A stretch of DNA of 64,000 nucleotides, from IMG/VR virus record IMGVR_UViG_3300045125_000040, positions 64,001 through 128,000 of that record, one strand, 5' to 3'. The notes under the pieces are model-generated. The model worked only from the letters and a program-made list of their open reading frames with translations. It did no database searches and was not told where the DNA came from. Below, in pieces: positions 1 to 10,746 of the stretch. Position 1 is the first letter of the stretch, and the number at the start of each line of letters is the position of its first letter. The translations under genes and the position numbers were made by a program. The DNA comes from a virus.

Positions 1-1
1 G

Positions 2-1438
2 ATTGTAAATGGTTCTGTCACATATACAGGTAATGCGACTGGAGATATCATTCCTGTAAGTAATAACTATTCTTTAGGTAATACATCAAATAGATGGAAT
101 CTATATGCTGTACAAATTGATAATATTGGTAATACAATTTCTAATAATGTTATAGTAACCAATGTTGTTAATTCAGCTTCATTTACAGTTGGCACAAGTT
201 CTGTTATCAATTCTACTGGTGTTTGGACCACAGGAACAACAAATTCAGCTATTGTTCAGACCGGTAATGGTTATAATGTTGCTGGTAACGGAATTTATGC
301 TAATGCTACTCTAATCTGGATTGGTAATAATTCAGTTTCTACTACTGTGAATTCTACAGTCTTTTCAGGAACATCTAACAATACATCATTTGTTGGTTCT
401 GTTTCTGCCGCTAATGTTGTTTCTAATGCTCAATTGTCTGCTAATTTAGCTAATTATGCGGCACTCGCAGGTGGAGCAACTTTCGTTGGTTCAGTTTCTG
501 TTTCAAATAATGTCACTATTACTGGTAATTTGATAGTCACGGGAACTACTCTTTATGCAAATGTCACTAATCTTGATGTTAAAGATCTTAATATTACAGT
601 TGCAAAAGGTGTAGCTTCTGCTGCAGCCGCAGATGGTGCTGGTATAACAGTTGATACTGCTAATGTTGGATGGTATTATCATAATTCTTCTAATACTTGG
701 CAATCAAATGTTGGTATCACTCCTTCTGCCAATAATACTCTAAACCTTGGTACCACTACATTAAGATGGGCTAACGTTAATGCTAATAACGTTGTTGCTT
801 CTAATCTGTATGGAACAGTATTAACTGCAACACAGGGTACTATTGATCACAATAGTCTAGCAAATTATGATGCCAATAAACATATTGACCATACTACTGT
901 TAGTATTTCAACAGCAAATGGTGTTGCTGGCGGCGGAACTATTGCTGCTACCAGAAGTCTATATGTGGTTTCTAATAATGGTATAGTTGCTAATTCTACT
1001 GGTGTTTGGGCAGCAGCCGCTAATGGTATTTCTGTTACTGCCGCTGGTATCAATGTTCTAGGAAACACTGGAATTGTTTCTAATTCTTCTGGTGTATTTG
1101 CTAATTCTAGCTATATTCAGTCACTTGTAAATGTTTCAAATGGCTCTGTAGTAACATCCGGAACTTCTGCACAGAGTATTGATAATTTTGCTATAGCATC
1201 TTATATGGGTGCGGAATATCTTATAAGTGTTTCAGACAACTCTGCCAATAATAAATACTTATCAAAAGCTCATGTTATGCATGATGGTTCAATCGCTCAA
1301 ATAACAGAATATGGAGCAATAACTTCCAATAATTCTGTTGGTGTGTTTTCTGCTACACAGAATACTACACATATTATATTACAATTCACACCATCATTGA
1401 CTGCAACAACCGTTAAGTTTACTAGAATGGTAGTGTAA
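2..1438 (+). CDS. Tail fibre/virion structural protein, 5'-truncated by window edge
   Basis: Frame is open from position 2 (IVNGSVTYTGNATGDIIPVSNNYSLGNTSNRW) into ORF 347..1438; N/T/S/G-rich; fibre-type motifs LGNTSNRW, LNLGTTTLRW and NLDVKDLNITV. Confidence 0.75.
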   Translation: MVNGSVTYTGNATGDIIPVSNNYSLGNTSNRWNLYAVQIDNIGNTISNNVIVTNVVNSASFTVGTSSVINSTGVWTTGTTNSAIVQTGNGYNVAGNGIYANATLIWIGNNSVSTTVNSTVFSGTSNNTSFVGSVSAANVVSNAQLSANLANYAALAGGATFVGSVSVSNNVTITGNLIVTGTTLYANVTNLDVKDLNITVAKGVASAAAADGAGITVDTANVGWYYHNSSNTWQSNVGITPSANNTLNLGTTTLRWANVNANNVVASNLYGTVLTATQGTIDHNSLANYDANKHIDHTTVSISTANGVAGGGTIAATRSLYVVSNNGIVANSTGVWAAAANGISVTAAGINVLGNTGIVSNSSGVFANSSYIQSLVNVSNGSVVTSGTSAQSIDNFAIASYMGAEYLISVSDNSANNKYLSKAHVMHDGSIAQITEYGAITSNNSVGVFSATQNTTHIILQFTPSLTATTVKFTRMVV

Positions 1439-1767
1439 TGGCAACAAAGTCAAATTTAGTAATAGATCAAGGTTCAACATATTCGGTCACTTTGGATCTT
1501 ACTGATGAAAATGGTGATGTTATCGTATTAAATGGATATGTTGCTAATTCACAGATAAGAAAGTGGTATACATCTTCTACACCTGCGGCTACTTTTACAA
1601 CATCAATTAATGTTGCTTCAGGAGAGTTATTATTATCATTAACTGCCAATCAGACCAGTAATTTAGTGGCTGGCAGATATGTTTATGATGTAGAGCTTAA
1701 TAATAATGGGATTATTTCCCGAATTGTAGAAGGCATAGTAACGGTTACACCACAGGTCACAAAATGA
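1438..1767 (+). CDS. Virion structural/adaptor protein (BppU-N-like Ig fold)
   Basis: MATKSNLVIDQGSTYS...GRYVYDVEL...RIVEGIVTVTPQVT pattern typical of T4-like phage baseplate/fibre adaptor proteins. Confidence 0.65.
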   Translation: MATKSNLVIDQGSTYSVTLDLTDENGDVIVLNGYVANSQIRKWYTSSTPAATFTTSINVASGELLLSLTANQTSNLVAGRYVYDVELNNNGIISRIVEGIVTVTPQVTK

Positions 1768-2033
1768 CAACAGTAAACGTTGTAGTAGGTCGAAAGAAAA
1801 ATATACAGGTTTCAGCTAATGCTACAGGTGGAAGCATTAGCACAAATAGAAATCCGGTTACATTAAAATCTTCTATACCCATTACAACTAGATTAGATAG
1901 CCTAAATGATGTAGTAGCCACAGGAGAAGTTTCCGGCGCAGTTCCGGTTTATGATGCTGCAACAGACAAATACGTGGTCCAAAAACTTGATTTAAATAAT
2001 GTTATTGGCGATTTAGATGGTGGAACCTTTTAA
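1764..2033 (+). CDS. Small structural protein ending in LDGGTF
   Basis: ORF overlapping the previous stop; LDSLNDV and VYDAATDKY fibre-type motifs; C-terminal DLDGGTF. Confidence 0.6.
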   Translation: MTTVNVVVGRKKNIQVSANATGGSISTNRNPVTLKSSIPITTRLDSLNDVVATGEVSGAVPVYDAATDKYVVQKLDLNNVIGDLDGGTF

Positions 2034-2082
2034 AAACATATTTTTAATAAATACTAAAAGATTCCAATAGGAGAAACATCAA

Positions 2083-4379
2083 ATGGCTAATAATAGGATT
2101 CAAATCAAAAGGAGTGCCACAACGGCAACACCTGCTTCGCTTCTACCAAGGCGAACTAGCGTTTTCTAACGTTACGGGTGGTTCTGGTGTCCTATTCATT
2201 GGTGATACTTCTAATTCAACGGTTGTAGCCATTGGTGGTGTCAGAAATCCTGGTACTCTAACAGCCAACCAAGCTCTTGTTGCTAACTCTACCAGTGGTA
2301 TTAATCAGGTTATAGTAGGAAATGTGTCATTTACAGGCGCAACTCAGACTATTTCCGCTAATGGTAGTACCGGAACAGCAGGATTTGTGCTTGCTTCTGG
2401 TGGTGCTAGTTCTAATTTATATTGGCAAACTGTTTCTAGCTTTGGTGTTAATACCGCTGCTCAATATACTTGGACTAATACTCAAACTTTCCAAATTGGT
2501 ACAGTAGTTGGTGCAAATCTTGTATCTGACAACACCTCTATAAGATGGGTTGGTAATACCACTACTTCTCCGACTGTTACATTTGCCAATTCTGGTACAA
2601 TTAGTATTGGTAATAGTTCTACCACACAGACTACAGGTCAGATTTTAGTTCAAAATAGTGCTGGTTTATCAACTATTAATGCTGGTTCTATAACAACAAG
2701 CACTTTATATGCAAATTTAATTGGTTCTACTGCAAACCTTTCGACTTCTGTTAATTCTGCTGTTCTTTCTGTTGGAACTAACTTTATCGCTAATTCTAGT
2801 CAATTAACGGTATCTGGAATTCCTATTTCTGCTAATGGAAATGTTGGCTCTGGTGGTCAAGTCCTAGTATCAAATGGTGCTACTGGTTCTCCATATTGGG
2901 CAGCAGTTTCTGCTCTTAGCGGAGGTGTTAATACATCTTATCAATATACTTGGACTAATACTCATACCTTCCAAGCAGGAATAACTGTTGGTGCAAATCT
3001 TGTAACAGATAATACTTCATTAAGATGGGTTGGTAATACTACTACTTCACCAACAGTTACTATAGCAAATACAGGTGCTATTTCAGTTGGTAACAGTACC
3101 ACTACCGAAACTACTGCTTCTGTTACTCTTCAGAACTCTGTATCAGTTTCTACATTAACTCCTCTTTCATTAGCTGTTGGTAATTCTAGTGTGACTTCAG
3201 CACAACAGATTGTTGTGCAGAATACAGCCGGAACAACCACTGTAAATTCTAACTATATTGCAACAACCACTGTTGGCGCAAATCTAGTCGGATCTTACGT
3301 ATCCGTCACCACAGCTAATGCTACTACCTTTAATGGTACTACGGTAAACGCTAACCTAGCAGGATCTTATGTTGCTGTAACAACTGCAAATGCTACCACG
3401 TTCAATTCTGGTGGTATTTTTGTAGCAAATACAATAACATTAAATGCTAATGGTTTGGTTGTTAATTCAACTGGTGCCTATGTTACTGGTCTAACCAATT
3501 CAACATCATTTAATGCTGGTGCAACTGGAACAGGAACAGGTGGTTCTGTTCAGAATACAACCACGATATTTGTTGGTAATAACACTATTAACACTGTTAT
3601 TACTTCTGCTGGTCTTGCTGTTAATGGAACTGCAACCATTGCTAACTCTACTGGTGTTTATACCGGTGTTGTTAATGGTTCTTCAATAACAGTTGGTTCA
3701 AACTTCATAGCAAATAGCACTAAAGTAACATTCACTGGTGCTAATATTGATGCCACTTCTGCATTCCTAAAAGTCGCAGATGCAGTGATCTCAGGAAACC
3801 TAGTAGTCTCAGGTTCTGTTGTATCTATTAATGTTGCAACTCTAATTGTTAATGATAACATCATTGAAGTTGGTCTTAATAATATCACTACAGACGTTGT
3901 TGATACTGGTTGGTATTCTCCTGCTGGTAATGCCACCAATATATGGTATTCCGGTCTTGTTCGTCAAGCAGCAAAATCAACTAATACTAATCCATATTTC
4001 TGGTTGTTCGCTTCAAATACTAATCCAAATACAGCAGCAACTGTAGATACAAGTGCGAATTCATCAACTGCTACTCTACAGGCTTACCTAGTTCCTTATG
4101 GAACCGGTGGTGCGTTTGTAGCTAATTCAACAACTGTTACATTAACAGCAAACTCTACTGTAAATGTTAATATAACAGCAAATACATTATCACTATCCAC
4201 TCCTCTTCCAGGAACATCTGGTGGTACTGGCCGTGCATCTTGGACTTCACAAGATATATTGGTCGCCAATGCAACTAATGGTATTAATGCACTATCTGTA
4301 GGAACTGGTGGTTATGTATTATCAGTATCAACTTGCTGGTATAGTTGTATGGGACTACTTAGATGGCGGAACCTTCTGA
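2083..4379 (+). CDS. Tail fibre protein with Mtd-N/hyaluronidase-N-like N-terminus (2 apparent indels)
   Basis: RBS GGAGA then ATG 2083 MANNRIQIKRS, shifting into QGELAF of ORF 2114..4405; the reconstructed end reads WDYLDGGTF* (TGA 4377-4379) in another frame. Confidence 0.75.
2444..3110 (+). repeat. Internal duplication (~190 bp, period ~480 bp) in tail fibre
   Basis: GVNT.AQYTWTNT.TFQ.G..VGANLV.DNTS.RWVGNTTTSPTVT.AN.G.IS.GNS occurs at ~2444 and ~2924. Confidence 0.85.
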
Positions 4380-4401
4380 TAATAAAAAAGGTGATTATAA
4401 C

Positions 4402-4611
4402 ATGAATGAACAATTTGTCAATATGTACATTGAAAGTTTAGTAAAAGAAGTCACGGAGGGTGTGAAATCTCGCATCCTCCTTGAAACACAACTAAAGTTT
4501 GCTGAAAATTTTAATAAAGAATTACAAGCTAAATTAGAGCAAGCAGAAGCTCAATTAGAAAAACTAAATAAGAAAAAACCTAAAGAAGTAAATACTTCTG
4601 ATACTTTTTAA
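4402..4611 (+). CDS. Small coiled-coil protein (possible fibre assembly factor)
   Basis: RBS AGGTG; MNEQFVNMYIESL...heptad-rich. Confidence 0.6.
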   Translation: MNEQFVNMYIESLVKEVTEGVKSRILLETQLKFAENFNKELQAKLEQAEAQLEKLNKKKPKEVNTSDTF

Positions 4612-4648
4612 AACCTTCGGTACATACCGAACTGTATGAGGTAGCCAT

Positions 4649-6094
4649 ATGGCAAATAATAGGGTTCAAGTAAAACGCACGTCTACAACTGGACGTACGC
4701 CTAATACAACAGCATCATACGCCACAAATTCACAATACATTTCAGCGGGCGAACTTGCTCTTAATATGACGGATGGAATTCTATATTCCTCTAATGGTTC
4801 TGCGCTTATTACAGTTGGTGCTAATAACGTAAATGTTAATGTTTCTAACACTTTAACAACATATGCTTTAAGAGCTGGCGGTTCTTTAGGAACAGTTGGC
4901 CAAATATTAGTTTCTAATGGCACAGCTATTAATTGGGAAACATATCCTTCAACAAATGAACTATTTGTATCAAAATCTGGTTCTGATACAAATAACGGGA
5001 CAAACAATCGTCCATTCCTTACTATTAAAGCTGCTTTAAATGTAGCTACTAGTGGAACAACAGTATTCATTGACAATGGCGATTACACAGAAAATAACCC
5101 TTTAACTGTTCCAGCTGGAGTTGCTGTTGTTGGTAATTCTTTAAGAGGCGTTAACGTTATTGCTCAAAATCCCACGAGCGACGTATTTTGGGTAAATAAT
5201 GGGTCTTATGTGAGAGAAATTACAGTCAAAGACTATACTTCTCCGGCTGCAGCTTTTGCATTTCCGTCAGCTGGTGCAGGAACTATTACTAGAAGTCCTT
5301 ACATTCTTAATTGCACTTCGTTAACTACTAATGGTATTGGTCTTAGAATTGATGGTTCAAAGGCTACCGGAAATAAATCTATAATTGCGGGTCTTTATAC
5401 GATTATCAATCAAAACGGTATAGGCGTTTATATCAGTAATCAAGGATATTCTCAGTTAGTTAATATTTATACAATTTGTTGTAATGTATCTGTTCAATGC
5501 GAATCCGGAGGGTTCTGTTCTTTAAATTGTTCCGATACAACTTTTGGTAATTGGGGGTTAGTGGCTAATGGAACAAGTGCTGCTTTAAATTCTGGTAATT
5601 TGAATGGTGCTCAATCTGGTAACACCTTTTCTTTAAAAAATATAGCTAATGGCACTCCAATTATCAACGGAACTATAAAATTTGGATCTGACCCTAATTT
5701 CTATACTATTGTTAATACAACAGCCCCTGTTTCGAATGTTAGCACTATTAATATTCTCGAAACGATAACAAATACTATAGCAGATAATACTGCGTTTTCT
5801 ATTTTTCAAAGAAGTCAAATTACTGCTTCTGGGCACACATTCGAATATTGCGGCACAGGAACTAATATTTCAAACGCTTCTCCTTTTGCGGGTGGTATTT
5901 CTAATACAGCAACGCAAATTCTTTATAATAACGGAGGCGTTGTTAACTATACTTCTACTGATCAATTTGGTAATTTTAATATTGGTAATAATTTGACTAT
6001 TAATGGTCCTACTTCTACGATTATCGGTGACACTTTTCAAAGATCGTTGTTTGGAATATTAACTCCCTATATTCTTGCTTTGGAAGGAAGTTGA
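4649..6094 (+). CDS. Tail fibre/spike protein, Mtd-N-like N-terminus plus pectin-lyase-like beta-helix
   Basis: MANNRVQVKRT..GELALN..DG; LFVSKSGSDTNNGT..RPFLTIKAAL and GDYTENNPL beta-helix entry motifs. Confidence 0.75.
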   Translation: MANNRVQVKRTSTTGRTPNTTASYATNSQYISAGELALNMTDGILYSSNGSALITVGANNVNVNVSNTLTTYALRAGGSLGTVGQILVSNGTAINWETYPSTNELFVSKSGSDTNNGTNNRPFLTIKAALNVATSGTTVFIDNGDYTENNPLTVPAGVAVVGNSLRGVNVIAQNPTSDVFWVNNGSYVREITVKDYTSPAAAFAFPSAGAGTITRSPYILNCTSLTTNGIGLRIDGSKATGNKSIIAGLYTIINQNGIGVYISNQGYSQLVNIYTICCNVSVQCESGGFCSLNCSDTTFGNWGLVANGTSAALNSGNLNGAQSGNTFSLKNIANGTPIINGTIKFGSDPNFYTIVNTTAPVSNVSTINILETITNTIADNTAFSIFQRSQITASGHTFEYCGTGTNISNASPFAGGISNTATQILYNNGGVVNYTSTDQFGNFNIGNNLTINGPTSTIIGDTFQRSLFGILTPYILALEGS

Positions 6095-6095
6095 T

Positions 6096-6620
6096 ATGGT
6101 TATTAAAAATTTGATAACAGAAAAACACAAAGAAGCAGAAAATACATTATTTTTTAAAAAATTAATATCCAAAAAAATAACAAAAGAAATTTGGGCTAAT
6201 TTTCTTTTTAATAAAATGTTATTCTATAATGAAATAGAACATAAATTGAATTTAGAAATATTTAAAGATCTCATTAGAACTGAAAAATTAAAAAAAGATT
6301 TTTTAAATCTAAAAGTAGAAACATTTTCTATCAAAAATTCTGTTTTTGAATATATAGATTATTTAAACAAAATTAATGAAAAAGAATTAATGGCTCATGT
6401 ATATGTTTGGTATATGGGAGATTTAAATGGAGGGAATGTGATTAATAAGATTATAGATTTTGAATCTTCCAGTTTGGTATTTGAAAATTCAGAATATCTG
6501 AAACAGAAAATTTTAGATTACATAGATATTAGTATGTTAGAGGAAATTAATAATTCGTTCGACTGGGCTATAAAAATTTTGAATGATTTTGAAAAAGATT
6601 TACTAGAGGAATCTAATTAA
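6096..6620 (+). CDS. Heme oxygenase (biliverdin-producing family)
   Basis: Proximal-His motif TEKHKEAE and distal helix AHVYVWYMGDLNGG (cf. AHxYxRYLGDLSGG). Confidence 0.85.
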   Translation: MVIKNLITEKHKEAENTLFFKKLISKKITKEIWANFLFNKMLFYNEIEHKLNLEIFKDLIRTEKLKKDFLNLKVETFSIKNSVFEYIDYLNKINEKELMAHVYVWYMGDLNGGNVINKIIDFESSSLVFENSEYLKQKILDYIDISMLEEINNSFDWAIKILNDFEKDLLEESN

Positions 6621-6947
6621 TGGCAAATTTAAATACGTTTAAAAACGTTAGCGCAAATTTAACTTCATCAAATACAACAGTATATACCGCTCCAGCAGGA
6701 TATACTTCTATTGTGTTGATGGCACAAGTTACAAATATAACTACTTCTGTAGCTAATGTTACTGTTGGTTGGAACAATGGCACTACAAATACCGAATTAG
6801 TTTTTAATTTATCAACACCTCAAAATGATGCTTTGAATGCTTTAGTTGGAAAAATTAGTACTTGCAAATTCTCATTACGTATATGCTTCAGCTAGCTCAA
6901 ATAACACTTTAAAAATGACTTTAAGTGTTTTAGAATCATTAAATTAA
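6620..6947 (+). CDS. Small virion structural protein (1 apparent indel)
   Basis: MANLNTFKN..VYTAPAGYTSIVLMAQV; continues in another frame to LKMTLSVLESLN*. Confidence 0.6.
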
Positions 6948-6956
6948 AGGTTTAAA

Positions 6957-9900
6957 ATGGTAAAAACTGTATCTGGATTTAATAATCTAACTGTTTCGGA
7001 TAAATTAACATTGAAAACAGTTGTTGCCAATGGAAGTGTTGGTACATCTGGTCAAGTATTGACTTCTAATGGTTCTGGTAACGCTTATTGGTCTACTTTA
7101 GTCGGTGTTAATACTTCTGCTCAATACACTTTTACTAATACAATAAATTTTTCTAATTCCATAACTATTGATAATAATAAAAATTTAAATTTCAGAACTG
7201 TTAATACTTCTGCTCAAGCATCATTCGTTCAACAGAGTGACGATAATTTCGTCATGTACACTACTAATTCTGCATATGGTCAAAGAGCAGTATGGTCGAT
7301 ATTTGCTAATAGTTCGTCAAGTAATTTAAACTTTTCTGTAAGAACGCAATTTAATGGCGGTTTGTATATACCAACGGGAGTCACCCTTCTTGATTCTACT
7401 GGTTCTCAAGGTTCTGCTGGTCAAATTTTAGCATCAAACGGTAGTGGTAATGTTTATTGGGTATCACCAAGCGTTGCATCAGTAAATACTTCTGCTCAAT
7501 ATACTTGGACAAATACGCATACTTTTCAGGCTAACGTTTCCTTTACAGGAAATGGTATTGGTATAACATCAAATACAGGTGCGATATACGTTGGTGGTAT
7601 TTCTGATGCTAATTGGAAAATTGGTAGAAATCTTGGAGTTTATACTAAATGGAGATATACGAATAACAGCTTAGACATTGCTGTAGCTAATTCTAATCTT
7701 GAAGGATTTACGATTGGTAATTCTATCAATCCAGGAAATGCATATTTTGAAACAGGTTTTCTTGGAACATTTATTGCAAGTAATGTTACTATTGGTAATT
7801 CTTCTTCAAATGTTTCTATTAATTCTACCGCTTTTTCAGGAACATCTAATAATTCTTCTTATCTTGGCGGTGTGTTAGCCGCTTCATATGTTCAAAATAC
7901 TGACTCTAGGACATTATCAGGTAATATATCTTTTACTGGTGCCAATTTAGTCGTTTTAGGAACTAATACGTATATCACATCTAATGTATTAATTGGTAGC
8001 ACCGCTTCTTTCTATAGTATAAATGGTCAGGCCAATGCTTCTGGTGGTAATTTCATAGCTAATGCATATGCAACATTAAGTGGGGCCGGTGGAAATTATC
8101 TAGCATTTGGACAGCAGACAAATTTTTCTCAATGGATTCAATCTGGATTTTCAAGTGCAGGAACGCCAGTTTATTATAATATAATTTTAAATCCGTTAGG
8201 CGGTAATATTGGTATTAACAATACGGCTCCAACTGATAGATTATCCGTAAATGGCAATACTTACATCGGCGCAAACTTAACTGTAGCTGGTGCTAATTTA
8301 ATTGTTTCAACTGGTGTTATTTCTGGTAATGGCACTTCTATCACTAGCGTTAATGCTATTGCTCTAAATGGTCAACCAGCATCTTATTATACTAATGCTA
8401 CTAATATTACAACTGGAACTTTGCCTTATGCTCAGATTCCAGCGAATATTGTAAATACAACAGGTTCGTTTACTCTTTCCGGTAATACTACATTAGCAGG
8501 AACTAATACTGTAATTAGTTCCAATTTAAATGTTACTGGAACTTTCATTAATGTTGCTTCGGCATTCGTAGCAAATTCTACTGGCGCTTATCACACTGGA
8601 ACTATGAATGCTGCTTCCCACACGGTGGGAACGGCTTTCACCGCCAACGCTACTGTTGTTAATGCTGTATCTTACTATGCCGGAACAACGTTAATTGGTA
8701 ATACTACTGGACCATATGGTAAGACTGAAGGTAATTTGAATGTCAATAGTAGTTTGATTTCTAATACCTTATTAAGAGTTGATAACAGAAGTATTGTTGC
8801 CAATGATACTCCTGCTGGTTATCTCCGTTTCGGTTTCACTTCTTTTGCTGTCAACAATACTTCACCGTATGGAGATTTTCTTCAATTAAGAAGTTATACA
8901 GATTCATCTGGCGGTAGTGATAACCTTTTAGTTTTTAATAAATCTACTATCGGTGTTCGAGTTTATCAAGCGGCTTGGACTAACTCCACAACTGGTAATA
9001 CTTCGGCTTATACCAATTATAAAGACCTTGCGTTTACTGACGGTACTAATGCTACTGGTACATGGAACATTACAGCCAATAATGCTTCAAATTTAGGAGG
9101 CACAGCGGCTGCATCTTATCAGTTAAATTCCACTTTGAATGCGAATATTGCCAGCTACCTTCCGAATTATACTGGTGTTGTTAATGGTTCTTCGTTAGCG
9201 GTAGGAACTTCTACGATTGCCAACTCTACCGGTGTTTATACAGGCGTAGTAAACGGGTCGTCGATAACAGTTGGGACTGCATTTACTGCTAATGCTACTG
9301 TAGTTAATGCTGTATCTTACTATGCTGGCTCTACTTTAATTGGTAATACTACTGGTCCTTATGGTAAGACAGAAGGTAATTTGAATGTTAACAGCGCATT
9401 AACAGCTAATAACTCTACCAATCTTGGTGGAACAGCAGCTGCTTCTTACCAATTAAATTCTACATTAAACGCAAATATCGCATCATATCTACCTACATAC
9501 ACTGGTGTAGTAAATGGTTCTTCATTGGCGGTAGGAACTTCAACAGTTTCTAATGCTACTGGATTATGGACAACAGGAACGGTTAATGCTGCTATACATC
9601 AGGCAGGATCGCCATTAACAGGAACTGGTGGATTTTATGCCAATACAACGACATTGATTGTCGGTAATAATACTATAAACACAACTATTACTTCGGCTGG
9701 TCTAACGGTTAATGGCGCTTCTGTAGTAAATTCATCAGTCGTTAACTCTGCAGCACATACAATTAGCACTACATTTATAGCCAACACTACTGGTGTTTAT
9801 CATACTGGAACTATGAACGCCGCTAGTTATACTACTGGTTCCACTGGAACTGGAACTGGTGGATTAATTGCTAATGTTACTACTTTGTTTATTGGTAACA

Positions 9901-10745
9901 ATACAGTTAATGCTTTCTTAAATACAACTCAATTAAACATTAATGCAGTAACAATAGCTAACACTACTGGTGTATATACTGGAACTATAAATGCTGCTAG
10001 TCATACAGTTGGAACTAGCACCATTGCTAATTCTACTGGCATTTATACTGGTATTGTTAATGCTACTACAATTTCTACTGGTTCTGTTAACGTAATTAAT
10101 GCTTCAGGATTAACAACTACAGCAAATGTAAGTATTGGCGCCGCTGGCGATCTTATTATTACTGCAGGTGCTGGTATTTCTGCTAATGGTGGATTTGGAA
10201 CCTCTGGACAAGTTCTTACTTCTAATGCTTCTTCAATTTACTGGTCAACCATTGCAGCTGGTGCTACACTAAACGCCAACAATACTGAAACTGGAACTTT
10301 CTATTTCGGTATGGCCAATACTACTTCAGGAACTTGGTCAAACGCTGTAGTTTCGACTACAAAAATATCATTCGTTCCTAACACAGGCGCACTAACTGTA
10401 AACGGTTCTATAAGCGCAACAACTAAGTCATTCTTGATCGACCACCCAACTAAATCTGGAATGAAGTTGCGTTATGCTTCGTTGGAAGGTCCAGAAAACG
10501 GCGTTTATGTTCGTGGTAAAATAAACGGTTATGTTATTGAATTGCCTGACTACTGGACTGGTCTTGTTGATGAAGATACCATTACAGTTCAACTAACCGC
10601 TATTGGTGAGCCACAAAATCTTTATGTTGTAAAAATTAGTGACAACCAAGTGTTCATTTGTGGTGAAAATGGTTCAATGCCTTATTGTTATTACACTGTA
10701 TATGGTGAGCGTAAAGACGTTGATAAGTTGATAGTGGAGTATTGA
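6957..10745 (+). CDS. Long tail fibre protein (1262 aa) with C-terminal chaperone-like domain
   Basis: N/T/S/G-rich repeats; GTSGQVLTSNG..YW motifs; C-terminal KSFLIDHPTK..LRYASLEGPE..VYVRG domain common at phage fibre ends. Confidence 0.8.
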   Translation: MVKTVSGFNNLTVSDKLTLKTVVANGSVGTSGQVLTSNGSGNAYWSTLVGVNTSAQYTFTNTINFSNSITIDNNKNLNFRTVNTSAQASFVQQSDDNFVMYTTNSAYGQRAVWSIFANSSSSNLNFSVRTQFNGGLYIPTGVTLLDSTGSQGSAGQILASNGSGNVYWVSPSVASVNTSAQYTWTNTHTFQANVSFTGNGIGITSNTGAIYVGGISDANWKIGRNLGVYTKWRYTNNSLDIAVANSNLEGFTIGNSINPGNAYFETGFLGTFIASNVTIGNSSSNVSINSTAFSGTSNNSSYLGGVLAASYVQNTDSRTLSGNISFTGANLVVLGTNTYITSNVLIGSTASFYSINGQANASGGNFIANAYATLSGAGGNYLAFGQQTNFSQWIQSGFSSAGTPVYYNIILNPLGGNIGINNTAPTDRLSVNGNTYIGANLTVAGANLIVSTGVISGNGTSITSVNAIALNGQPASYYTNATNITTGTLPYAQIPANIVNTTGSFTLSGNTTLAGTNTVISSNLNVTGTFINVASAFVANSTGAYHTGTMNAASHTVGTAFTANATVVNAVSYYAGTTLIGNTTGPYGKTEGNLNVNSSLISNTLLRVDNRSIVANDTPAGYLRFGFTSFAVNNTSPYGDFLQLRSYTDSSGGSDNLLVFNKSTIGVRVYQAAWTNSTTGNTSAYTNYKDLAFTDGTNATGTWNITANNASNLGGTAAASYQLNSTLNANIASYLPNYTGVVNGSSLAVGTSTIANSTGVYTGVVNGSSITVGTAFTANATVVNAVSYYAGSTLIGNTTGPYGKTEGNLNVNSALTANNSTNLGGTAAASYQLNSTLNANIASYLPTYTGVVNGSSLAVGTSTVSNATGLWTTGTVNAAIHQAGSPLTGTGGFYANTTTLIVGNNTINTTITSAGLTVNGASVVNSSVVNSAAHTISTTFIANTTGVYHTGTMNAASYTTGSTGTGTGGLIANVTTLFIGNNTVNAFLNTTQLNINAVTIANTTGVYTGTINAASHTVGTSTIANSTGIYTGIVNATTISTGSVNVINASGLTTTANVSIGAAGDLIITAGAGISANGGFGTSGQVLTSNASSIYWSTIAAGATLNANNTETGTFYFGMANTTSGTWSNAVVSTTKISFVPNTGALTVNGSISATTKSFLIDHPTKSGMKLRYASLEGPENGVYVRGKINGYVIELPDYWTGLVDEDTITVQLTAIGEPQNLYVVKISDNQVFICGENGSMPYCYYTVYGERKDVDKLIVEY
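8619..9570 (+). repeat. Interleaved internal repeats in long tail fibre
   Basis: TVGTAFTANATVVNAVSYYAG.TLIGNTTGPYGKTEGNLNVNS at ~8619 and ~9264; ANN..NLGGTAAASYQLNSTLNANIASYLP.YTGVVNGSSLAVGTST at ~9072 and ~9402. Confidence 0.9.
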
Positions 10746-10746
10746 T

